Shown piece after piece: positions 42,001-52,915 of a stretch of 64,000 nucleotides of DNA. The stretch lies in assembly GCF_037042905.1 (NCBI RefSeq), contig NC_087259.1, forward strand, positions 28,954,001 through 29,018,000, in the 5' to 3' direction. The translations under genes were made by a program, and so were the position numbers. Source of the DNA: Lytechinus pictus. Taxonomy: Eukaryota. The notes under the pieces are model-generated. The model was given only the letters and a program-made list of their open reading frames with translations. It did no database searches and was not told where the DNA came from. Numbering within the stretch: the first letter of the stretch is position 1; every line of letters starts with the position of its first letter.

Positions 42001-43343
42001 GTGACTGTGTGACATTGAGAATCTATCTAGTTCAATTAGGATTTTTTATTCATAATAGACAATTGTTTATTGTTACTTTAATTAGGTCTATTTGAGCACA
42101 AGACGAGGAACATGGATCATTCATCGTTTGGCAGAAGGGGGGATGCCGGTTGATATCTTAGCTATTCGAAGAATGGTAGACCTCCTCCCAGATTTCATCA
42201 AAAATATAGGAATGAAAAGTTCATTGCAGTGAGTATTGAATTGAGTCCTTTCTCCGTAGTATGAAAAAGCATCATTTTCTGTTCATGTTGTGCTTATTCA
42301 GCCATTAAGTCACTAATGTCACCAATTTTAACAAATCTGCTTCCTAACAACCACATATCCCATGCTAGGCTTCAACTTGAATAATTTGTTATACTTATAA
42401 GATTTGATGGGGTTCTTTAGGGGGAACTTACATTTGATGTTGTGTTTATGAAGAAGGCTAATGTTCTGTTGTATGTTATTGCAAAAATGGAATTTCTCAT
42501 CATTTAAGGCAATGTTATATCTATATTTTCAGGAAACGTGTCAACCACAAGTTTCTTGGAATCCAACCCAACCACTCTCCATTATCTCAACACCCCACAG
42601 TCAATGACTTCCTCCCTAACTGCATCATGAATGGATCAATCATCGTCAAACCTGACGTCAAGCACTTCACATCAACAGGTGTCGTGTTCCAAGATGGAAC
42701 CACTGAAGATCTTGATGTTGTCATCCTCGGAACTGGGTACCTCTTTAAATTCCCTTTCCTTGAAGATTCTGTAATCAAAGTAGAGCAGAATAAGTTACCA
42801 CTCTACAAGTATGTGTTTCCAGTTAACCTTCAGCATCCCACCATTGCGTTTTTAGGGTACATCCAGCCATTAGGTGCCATCAATCCCATATCTGAGCTCC
42901 AAGCCAGATGGGCTACAAGAGTGTTCAAAGGTCTTACAAAGCTACCTTCATCAGATCAAATGAAAGCCAACATGATGAGTAAAGAAGAAGCCATGGCTAA
43001 ACGTTACATCTCCTCCCAACGTCATACCATCCAAGTTGATTTCATTAAATACATGGATGATGTTGCTCTAGAGTTTGGTGTAAAGCCAGATTTCTGGAAG
43101 ATGTTGCTCTCCGATCCTGTCCTGGCTTTGAAGTGCGTTTGTGGTCCATACACACCGTATCAGTACCGTCTAGTTGGACCGGGTCAATGGAGCGGCGCCC
43201 GTGATGCTATCATCGGGATCTGGAATCGGATCAACAAACCACTTCAGACAAGGAATTCACAGGATACAAGTGATAGTTTCTTAAGTAGCTGGATGTTGTG
43301 GATTGTCCTTGTATCTGTTGCCCTCTACTTTTATTTGTTCTGA
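30060..43343 (+). CDS. FMO: Flavin-containing monooxygenase (FMO5/FMO2-like), paralogue B, 525 aa
   Basis: Exons 30060-30265, 40060-40334, 40847-40989, 42086-42228, 42533-43343 total 1578 nt in frame, with the same intron positions and phases as paralogue A. Motifs GAGASG, FKGQVLHTHDY, GVGNSG and a C-terminal TM segment. Confidence 0.95.
32367..32976. mobile_element. TTAA-flanked MITE (Kolobok-like ends); related fragments at about 24480-25015, 48440-48585, 62695-62880
   Basis: TTAA-AGGACAAGACCACCTCA..AAAAAGTTG ... CAACTTTTTT..TGAGGTGGACTTGACTT-TTAA with long imperfect TIRs. Confidence 0.7.
33347..39818 (+). mobile_element. Autonomous Sola2-like DNA transposon (6472 bp) in an FMO-B intron
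   Basis: Perfect 13-bp TIRs TCGAAGCCGCCAG (33347-33359) and CTGGCGGCTTCGA (39806-39818), flanked by AGCT on both sides. Central transposase ORF and repeated GTAAC-N4-GTTAC subterminal motifs in both arms. Confidence 0.8.
35287..37911 (+). CDS. DDD-type transposase, Sola2-like (874 aa from the ATG at 35287; the open frame extends to 35035)
   Basis: Uninterrupted, GC-richer ORF with CLCPRHQN, QMDFAENY (Asp at 36745), EEVQSGYW, YWTDGPTSQYRNK (Asp at 36997) and FEAGHGKGPCDGIGGTVKR (Asp at 37123). This is the motif series I associate with Sola2 transposases. Acceptor TTGCAG at 35284 lies 2 nt before the ATG and a donor AG/GTAAGT at 34608 suggests a 5' UTR intron. Confidence 0.85.
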   Translation: MGKTRAEIQAAYRQRKRQQIGDAAFLRAERERQKKYYVRVENLPKKKAEERRVQVRSRVQKHRVRVKKVKQDMYNERHQENIDSSVIESDTTQDSALSDVSYIAPRSPLKVKMAFPVKKRRNRVSRCLSNAHRRIEALTLKLQETAKGKRRVQRRYQRLRKKLPTSSTPFHGVSRNTPRSKTDSQLKKSGLDPKSVPAEIKKRLLFFNAVIQEIQSTAGSSTNQTNRANLHKLVAGAKILKKYRLLRMVQKGTGLGRRNLSKANTNNVSQRKQLRRSWYMLHEEVVTFMEREDNSRMCPGKKDCCKTDDMGNKKQKKFLCDYMSNLHAKYIAENQDKRKVSLSAFQRVRQTRCPHIKPVQFLSRNLCLCPRHQNMALKLKAMKSMGLPVVENPDEFIRRHTDDEVHDLLSDLQPGVIQFEEWARVEADGRKKIKLINVSLAKQEFIARLKTSIQEFRQHVFRIKKQFEALSDCKKNLPKGECLVQMDFAENYTCVPLEEVQSGYWNQEGVTIHPLVVYFREDDNNLSHQSYVAVSDEKGHNSSTVIAILNQVIPRLKKLVPQLSKIHYWTDGPTSQYRNKTIFSLIGDHVEVYDGIHAQWNFFEAGHGKGPCDGIGGTVKRMADNAVKRNAVIQDAKDFFAWACQEHGCENDSKIDFFFVSKEECVSSSELIAQRWASVKTFPGTLQVHGVIGYDKGVLLKDVSCYCAKCRVMNPADTNQVEHMCEGWQLRRFVRGPMKQVQPDKCDDPERDGVGEPTGVVNKTFNQSSTSVPVQYHTDDWVAAVYEQRWYLGKVLESDKDDVHVDFLTECTGPRNQNKYKWPTSSDSIWVARKNVLCSVNPPKRDSISKRFFVLSDNQRAMVEQAFKAFSSRS

Positions 43344-46300
43344 GATGTATTCATGCTAATAGTTTTTGTGTCTTTTGAAAATGAGAAAATGAGATAGTCC
43401 ATCGCAGACACAATACTTTTAGGTTTGGTGCAATGTGGCATGTGAAGCGATATTGTATCTATCACGGCTGGATCTGCCATACATGTAGGTCTATCATGTG
43501 ATGCACCAGTCCATCTGCGATATTCAGTAAGCTTCTTGATACCTTGGATGGTGTCTCTTAGAACTGATAGAAGTAATAGTACTTGGCATAATCCTTTCTG
43601 AGACCCTTTCCTCCTTTTCCATGACCTGACATCTTGAAATTTGAGAGCTAGATCTTTGCGACCCTGAATACAGCCAGTGGTCCATCGTATGATGGACCAT
43701 TGCACATGTGAAATTGAAACTGGATACGTAAAAAATTGTGAGTTTAAACCAAGAGTTAAATATTCCATAAATCCCATCTCTGTGTGTAGATTAAGGGATC
43801 AGGAGGTCAAAGATCACTTGTGGGTCTCAGATGTAATTTTTACCTGAAAATATTAAACAGCGATAACAGAATAACTGTTTATGAGGTACAACTTTAAACT
43901 TTACTCATGTGTGTATTGAAGTGACAATGGTCTGATTAGAATAGGTGGTCATGAAATCAAAGGTCACATACATGAAGATTTTCATGTACATTGAAATATC
44001 TCAATCTTGTGTTAATGCAACCGATCAAAGGTCTATGCCGTGTCTTATTAGCAGGAATCCTACAATAAAAGTGCTATGCATCTTTTTCATTACAACTTTC
44101 CTGCTTTCCCCAATATTTTCTCTATGATGAAATTTGATGATTTGTATTGAAAATCCACTTTAAAAAGTGCCTACCGGTAACTAAATAATCGTTTGAGGTA
44201 TCGCCTTTACTTTTGTTTGATGTTTGCCTATTGGAAGGACAATGATTGTCTATGTGATGTTGATAACTGTGCCCTGTATGCATTAGCATAACCTTACAAG
44301 AGTGTCAAAAGTTGCATGGACAAACTGATCAATTTTTTTTATCTTTCTGTATTTATTAAAATATATACAAGAATTAGAATTTTTCAATTAAACATAAAGA
44401 TTATACATCTACCACATTTCAAAAGAACAGTGTCAACTTGATAATTTTTATAAATTTAATTCATCTTTATGAGTTCTTTTCTATGCAGCTTAGATCAAAC
44501 ATAATTTACTTTGACTTTTCAAGCCTTTGATTGATGCATTGCCTTTTTTCATTTTGCCTTGTGAAGATGTTAGATATCTCACATTTGTGAAAATAATGCT
44601 TAGCTTTGTGACTATGATTTTCATCTCAATTCAATTCAATTCTTTATTCCATTTCCATTCAAAACATAATACAAAGTAATATAAAGTAATACAAATCAAA
44701 TTCAATTTTACAGACGAGCATTCTTACTTTGTAAAACAAAAAAAAAACAGTATAATATTGAGCATAAATGGAAATGAAGGGGGTCCACTAAAAAGCAAAG
44801 CTTGTAAAGTGTGTATCCCCCTTGGAAATGAAGAAAATATAATCCACTTATTCATATATGCGTTTATATTGGTGTTTATGTGTTTTAGGGATTCAAAGAA
44901 TGTGTGCTGCTTACTGATTTTGATTGTTTGCTTAATTTTGTATTTCGTGCCGTCCTTACATTTACATTTTGTGTTGTAGTTTAAAGTATGGAATATTTTA
45001 TTTCTCTCAAGGGCTTTACACAGAATGAGTTCAGTGGTTCTGTCCTACATCTTTAACCAGAGTGTTGTAAATTCGAATCCTACCTGAGTCATTAATTTCC
45101 TTCTGCAAAAAAAAAATCAAATGCTGCTCTCGGCCCAGGTGAAGTAAATGAGGACCTGGGAGGAATTAATTCTGTGAAACACAGTGCGTGTAAAGCCAGG
45201 GTAATTATGCTGCATTGTTGGAGAGTGCTAAAGTGACTTATGATACAGTAAGTGTTAAAGATAAATGCCAGTTGTACAGATTTGTGTTCATACAGAATCC
45301 AATCAAATGACCCTTAAGTGTCTGTATGCATGAATAAAAAATATGTGCCAAAGGATTCTGGAAGATATTGTGTAATTGCTGAGAAAGTAGCAAAACAAAC
45401 ATGAAATTGGAGCATGATGTACAGTCATTTTCCAAGCAATAGTTATACACTGCCATACATGTGTTTATCTGTGTTGATGATCTTTAGTATGATAGCTTTT
45501 TTTCAGATTTCATGATTTCACAAAGTTCAGTTAATGTAACTGTACAGATCAAGATCTGCGATGTTATTACACCAAGGAATGAGTGCATTAGATCAAGTTT
45601 CACAGTAAAGTCTTGATTTAGATGTGATATGTAATTAACAGTACTATGTATTTGTGCTTGTCTTTAATTAAATTTTAAAACATAAAGATAGAAAAAAAGT
45701 AGGTTTGAAAACCATATGGAGGGAGGTGGGAGCTTGAAGAAAGTTTGCACCGCCTTGCTTCCTGTTTTCCTTTTCTTCCTCTTCTTAATGCAAATTTTTA
45801 GATAAATTGACTCAAATTGTTAATCAGGGGCTTGTTTCAGAAGAGTTGTAATCAACACAACTTGATAATCAACCAATCAGAAATGCCTGTTTTGGACTTT
45901 GATTTTTTTATTTTGAATTTGATTTTTTTCGTTCTATTTGAACGCAACTCTTTCGGCAACAGGCTCCAGATCTTTCAATGTCAATTGTAGGCCAAAATTG
46001 CCTTATGATCAGCTTGGTGGCTTTGCTCCCTCGCTTGGAATGTTCTTGATCATTTATTTTTAATAATCTTGCCCCTCTATGAAGAAATCTTTGCATATTG
46101 CATGAATAGATAATATTTTTATCTTTTAATAGCTTGCTGTAAGTTGATGGAGATGTTTAGCATATTGAGTGGCCCTGCAATTAGGGTCCTTTAGTTCACT
46201 TTTTATTATGCAATATACCCCTCCTTGAATGTTTTTTTTTTTCTATCCATGTTTTCAAAGTGCTTACCCTTACATCGAATGCATTATTATTAACATGTAT

Positions 46301-47910
46301 TGTTTGATTAGATGTCAGTTGTATATTTAGGAGTCGGGGGGGCAAATCCGTCAGGAACATTTTCAGGGGGCACAAAAAGGGATGAAAGTGAGATGAAATA
46401 AAGGGAGCGCAAGTTAATTATCTTGTGGTCAGATGCTTCAAGGGTCACAATTTTAGCATTTGCTGCAAACATTTTTTTTCTTCAAGATATGCCACTGTTA
46501 TACATAATGTGGTATATTACATATACATAGTATACATTCCTGATGCATCATCAAAATCATAGAAATTTCATTTTTAAAAGTACATTTTTGAATGAGTTTT
46601 CAAATTGTGCAATGTTAATTTATGTGTAATAAATACTCTTATATATATTGTATAATTTTCCATGAATTCATGAATATTTTTATAAAATGACAAATTTATT
46701 TTTGTACTAATTTCACCTTAATAAAACATCACTCATAAGACCTTTAACATATTTGCCTCTCTCGTGTTTCATTGATGGAGGGGAATAAATGTTTTTGTGA
46801 GAACTTAGCTTTTCTAAATTTCCTGTGCAGTCCTCCATCTGATGTACCCAAATACATAAAATGTCCCCTTTTTTCAATATTAAAAATAATGGCTTTTTCT
46901 AATTTTGGAAAATTGACTTTAAGCAGGGTATCATTCACTATTCCTATGAATTTTCAAAACTTTATTTTGTATTGCAGATTTTCTCACAAATCATTTTTAA
47001 ATGTCTCCCATGGGAATGTTACGTGAAGAGTTTATGTCAGTGGTTTCACTGACTAATTTGTCCTGAGCCAATCAGATGCAAGGATTTCAGTAGCTTATCA
47101 CAGTATTCAGTGAAATTCACTGGTTATCTTATGTCATGAAATGCTCACCGAATTGAAAAGACCACCCTTGGGACCAGAGCATTTCTTGAAGCAAACAGTG
47201 ATGATCACTCATTGTTAAAAGCTACTGAAAATCCTTGCATCCAGTGATTGTAGCAGATGGTAAAAATCACAAAACTTTTAACAAAACATTCCTAGTTCAA
47301 TAAGTTTATTCCCTCCCTCTCTTTTGAGCGTTTTTACTCATTGTACACATTTGCCCCCCCCCCCCCCATGGAATAAACCTGCATCCCGACCACAGTGCAT
47401 AATGATTTTTCATTATAATCTAAATTTACAATGCCAAAACTTAAGTAGAAATCTACTCTTCACATCAAATTAATTTTTAATAAACACAAGAAAATTAGAT
47501 AAACACCCATCAAGAAATTAACACATGTACATTTTCCTGTGCATTATAATCAGATGCATTATTATAATAACATTTGATGGATCTACTCGCATGTGTCAAA
47601 CACCATTTAAAATTGATGCTTTTATTCTTGGATGCATTTCCACCATGATTCATGTTTTTGCTTGTATCAAAGAAAACAACATGTCAATTTTGACTTTTTA
47701 AAGCAGAAAACCATTGATTCACCCCACTGAAAAAAAAAGTTAAATAAGCACATCCTGAGAACTTTTTCACAAAACAGTTATTTCATTGGTATTTTGCAAT
47801 ATTATACAATATTTCATTGTTTACAGATTTGACCATTAGGAGACTCTTCATCAAATCAAAATAGGTTACAAAAATTGTTATTCCCAGTGTTCAAGCAGGG
47901 GTCGTAGCAT

Positions 47911-48088
47911 CACTAGCGTATCTACGGGGGGGGGGGGGGGGCAGGGGGGGCACTCTGCCCCCCTGACGAGCCACAACCCATACAAAATACATATCACTGC
48001 CCCCCCTGACGAGCTTGAAAGACCTTTTATGCCCCCCCTGACGAGCTTGAAGACCTTTATTGCCCCCCCCCCCTGACGAGCTTGAAGA

Positions 48089-48122
<34 letters not shown>

Positions 48123-48258
48123 TGTCAATTTTTTTTCTGGTACAATAACCTTAATTTTTGATTGAAGACCTTTTTTTTTTTTTTTTTTTTTCTTTGCTTG
48201 TCAATTTTTTTGGCGGCCGATTTTGCTCCCCCTGTGGAAAATCCTAGGTACGCCACTG
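47911..48258. mobile_element. hAT-like MITE
   Basis: 8-bp TSD CGTAGCAT (47903-47910 and 48259-48266). Ends CACTAGCGTATCTA / TAGGTACGCCACTG, with internal GCCCCCCTGACGAGC repeats. Confidence 0.75.
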
Positions 48259-50020
48259 CGTAGCATAGGGAGGAGAACCCCCCCTTCTTTTTTTTTTTTT
48301 TTTGAAGGAGACGAGAAAGGAAGAAAAAGTGAGATCTATGATTTGCTTTACTCTGTATTAACGTTACTCCTATTCAACTAAGGAAATATGACTTCATATT
48401 TTGGTCATCTTTTCACCCCTCCCCTGTCAAAACAGATCGGCTTATCTCCTATGTTCAGGGAAAAATCGGACTTTGTTTCTCATGAAATGAGAATACAAAC
48501 TGATATTTTATTTGATATAAATTTGATATTTTATGAAATATAAAAGATTTAGTGAGTGGGTGACGTCAGTGGTTCCCTCAGTTCTTCGCCCTCCTTCTCC
48601 ACTTCGATCTTCTTCTTCTCCCCCTTCTTCCTCATCCTCCTCGACACGATCTTGATGTTTTGTACCAGGTGGGTCTACACCACCATGGGCGGAAATCCCA
48701 GGGGGGACAGGGGGGACGTGTCCCCCCTACCAAAAATAGTAGGGGGGACACAATATCAAATGTCCCCCTAATATTTTTGGTCTTATGATGGAGAAAAATG
48801 CATCATTCACATTCGAAATAATACATGCATTTTGGACTAAATGACCTTACATTTTGGGTGAAAACCTTCTTTTTTTTTGGGGGGGGGGGCTTGTCAAATT
48901 TTCCAGAGTGACTAAAATAAGATGAGGGGAAGACTTGGAAAATAAAAAGAATCTTTCATGTCACTATATGAAATTTACGCTCGCGCTTCGCGCTCGCATT
49001 GCCTGTCAGGTGATTTGTCAATATGGAGCTTAAATATCAAGTTTGGAAGTCATACATTTCACCTCGGAAATCGAACTTTCATTATTTTGTGTGATTTACA
49101 AACTGATTTTTAAAAGGTGCTCTGTAAAAGTGACAGCTTCATGGTCTGAATATTGACATTTTCTGCTCGCACTGAGCGCTCGCAAATTTCGATTTATTAA
49201 GTACCTATTATTTTTGTGTATTCCATTTAGTTTGAAAAAAATCAAGTCTGATTGTCAAAACGTAACAGATAGCGCTGGCTACTCGCTCGCATTTTAATTG
49301 GCGATTTATGTATGTTTCAATATTGATTTTCATGACAGTTTATCAAAGATTTTGGCTCGCGATTTGCGCTCGCATTAATGGTAAAATAATATTTTGACTG
49401 ATGCATTCTATTCATAATTACAAAATTGCTTGAAATTTCCAGTTTTCAGGCCATAATATCATCAGATTTCTGGCCCTCATTAGGCATTAATAAATAAGAT
49501 ATTAATAATTTAACGATTAAATTGTCCCTTTTGTTTCATCTCGCGCTTAGCAAGAGGAATAGGAAGATGGTCATCATTTTCATATGACATGTCCCAAGGA
49601 TGTCCCGATCCTATGTCAAAACTCAAATAACAATGAAAAATATCAGCTCTTTATTGAGTGCGATCCATATCCACCTCACAATTTTCCTACAAAGTGCTTG
49701 AAATATAGAGCTGAAATTGACTCTTTTTCAGATTTTTCATGATAAAAGAGGTGTAGAATGCCTAGACTCTAGGTCTAAATCTGAAACACGCGCATGTTTA
49801 TTCAGATATTCAACTTGTTCTCTATTTAAATCATTATCTAGTTTCAGATCACAATATCAAAAAATTTCTGCTCGCGCTTTGTGCTCGCATTATTAATGTA
49901 GAAAGATCTCCTATTACTCATCCTTTTCATGATTTACAAAACATGAATAGAGTGTCCCGTTTTTAGGTCTAAATCTCGAATTTTTCTGCTCGCGCTTCGC
50001 TTGCATCAATTGGTTAGTTA

Positions 50021-52915
50021 CATGGGCGGAAATCTGTCCCGAAAGGTAGGGGGGACAACAGGGGCTGATCCAGCCTTCGCCAATGGGGGGGGGGGGGGCG
50101 AAAAATGTTTTCAGCCAAATGTTAATCCCCGATCGGCCGCTTGAAGGTAATTTTGTCTGTTTTATTGAAGGAGTAGTCCTCAGGGTCACTTTTTAGCTTT
50201 ATTCTTATAAATCAACATAAATGTATAATATCATTGTCCTTATTTATATAATGCGAGCTCGAAGCGCGAGCATAATTTTTTGGGCAAATTTGTGTATTTT
50301 TTCCTAAAATTTGAACATTCTGGGCAATGTTTGTTATCCTGAAAAAGATGTATATACAACTATAAATATTTACTACGAACACGAAGTGCGAGCAGAGGTT
50401 AACTGATGGAAATGGTACCTGTTAAAGACTGCTTGCAGTTAGTCATGAAGACGTTACATATTTCAACAATCAAAATAATGCGAGCGCGAAGCGCGAGCTG
50501 ATTTTTTTTGAAATTTTTACCCAAAGACTGGAAATTCTAAGCACTTTTTGTAAAACTTAAACATATAATAGGTATAATACTAAACAATTGATGCGAACGC
50601 GAAGCGCGAGCGAAAAATTTTGAGATTTAGACCTAAGAACGAGAAACTCTATTCATGTTTTTTAAATCATGAAAAGGTTGAGTAATTGGGGGTCTTCCTT
50701 ACACCCGGTCCTTACATTAATAATGCGAGTGCAAAATGCAGCCAGAAAACGTTCATATACCATTTATACGTTTAATTTGAATCGATCGAAAAGGTACTTG
50801 TTAAGGACTGCTTGCACTTAGTCATGAAGACGTTACATATTTCAACAATCAAATAATGCTAGCACGAATCGCGAGCTGAAAATTTTTGACATTTCTACAA
50901 AAAGAATCGAAAATTTTAATCAATTTTTGTAATCGAGAACAGGGTAGCTATATAACTAAACAATTGATGCGTGAGCAGAAGAATTCGAGATTTAGACCTA
51001 AAAACGGGACACTCCACTCATGTTTTGTAAATCATGAAAAGTGTGAGTAATAGGGGATCTTTCTACATTGATAATGGATAAAAACTGGATAATGATTGAA
51101 ATAGAGAACAAGTTAAATATCTGAATAAACATGCGCGTGTTTCAGATTTAGACCTAGAATCTCGGCATTCTACACATCTATCAGCGAGCGCGGAGCGAGC
51201 TTAAACTATTTGATATTCCGATCTGAAAAAAGAGTCAATTTTAGCTGTATATTTCAAGCACTTTGTAGGAAAATTGTGAGGTGGATATGGATCATTAAAT
51301 TAATATCTTATTTATTAATGCCTAATGAGGGCGAGAAATCTGATGATATTATGGCCTGAAAACTGGACATTTCAAGCACTTTAGTAATTATGAATAGAAT
51401 GCATCAGTTAAAATATTTTTAACCATTAATGCGAGCGCAAATCGCGAGCCAAAATCTTTGATAAGCTCTCATGAAAATCAATATTGAGACATACATAAAT
51501 CGCCAATCAAAATGCGAGTAGCGCTATCTGCTACGTTTTGACAATCAGACTTGAAAAGGGATATTTTTCAATACTAAATGGAATACACAAAAATAATAGG
51601 TTCTGAATAAATCGAATTTTGAAAGCGCTCAGTGCAAGTAGAAAATGTCAATATTCAGACCTTAAAGCTGTCTCTTTTACAGAGCACTTTTTGAAAAATC
51701 AGTTTGTAAATCACACAAAATAATGAAAGTTCGATTTCCGAGGTGAAAAGTATAATGTATATTGACTTCCAAACTTGATCTACAGTGCGTATCAAAACAA
51801 AAATTACACTTTGAAATAGCCCTGGGAATTAAAAAATATACAACATGTGGGTAATTTTTTCACATATAATCTTGGGTTTGGGTCTCATCTATCCAATGAA
51901 AGTAAAAGTTTTGACGGAATGTTACACTTGAGTGAGCACTGTCCATTTTTGTAAAGCTCGCAGAAATCTGTTTGCGCAGAAATGCTTGTTTTCACGCTAT
52001 GTCAAGGCGAAAGGGCAAAATCAAACTTACCCTGCTGAACATTTCTCATACATTTCCCTTGCACTTTTAGTCAATTGAAATAAAACGGATACATTCAAGC
52101 ATTTTGTAACAATTTTGCCACCCAAATTGAAATTTCAACACTTAGTAACCACAACCTTTACCCTTTTTGTGCCAGCTGGATCTGAGGACATAACTGAATC
52201 TGAACAAAAGTTTATATCAGACATCTCCAGCATTTTTTCACTAAGTTTTTATCATTTAAAGTGGGTTTACATTTCATTTTTCATTTAATACTTGTTTCTC
52301 CACACTTTTCCCAAGCTTGACAATGATTAACAAAATGAAAATCAAGCCTAAGCCATTTCATGTAAATCACAGCTCAGTGTAAAGCAAATATCGTCACGAT
52401 GGCCTCGATGTGTGGGGGAGTGGAGTGGGGTGGGGTGAAATGCACTTTTTGAAGTGTTTTGGGCAAGTCAAGAAAGGTAAAAGATATCTTCAAATCAATT
52501 TTACTAGCTAAATTCCACTTGTTCTTCATGATTAAGGTCTACTTTTATTCGCATAACTGTCTGTCACTCTGTGATAGGGCCTACATGTAAAATAATGCGA
52601 GCGCGAAGTGTGAGCGAAAATTTTATATAGTGACATGAAATATTCTTTTTATTTTCCAAGTCTTCCCCTCATCTTATTTTATTCACTCTGGAAAACTTGA
52701 CAAGCAAAAAAAAAACAAAGGTTTTCACTCAAAATGTAAGGTCATTTAGTCCAAAATACATGTATTATTTCAAATGTGAATGATGCATTTTTCTCCATCA
52801 TAAAAGACCAAAAATAGTAGGGGGGACATTTGATATTGTGTCCCCCCTACTATTTTTGGTAGGGGGGGACACGTCCCCCCTGTCCCCCCTGTCCCCCCTG
52901 GGATTTCCGCCCATG
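50021..52915. mobile_element. hAT-like non-autonomous element (inner, inverted copy)
   Basis: Same TIR, 8-bp TSD GTTAGTTA (50013-50020 and 52916-52923). Its sequence is the reverse complement of the outer copy. Confidence 0.85.
51783..52556. mobile_element. Truncated Tc1/mariner-like MITE nested in the inner hAT-like copy
   Basis: Begins TA-CAGTGCGTATCAAAA. It is absent from the outer copy and has no matching right end. Confidence 0.6.

Noticed and set aside
20049-43343. FMO-A and FMO-B as two haplotypes of one gene
   Set aside because: Two exons, the protein tails, the UTRs and most introns are far too divergent for alleles.
43331-43777. 148-aa antisense ORF in the FMO-B 3' UTR
   Set aside because: No recognisable domain or splice context.
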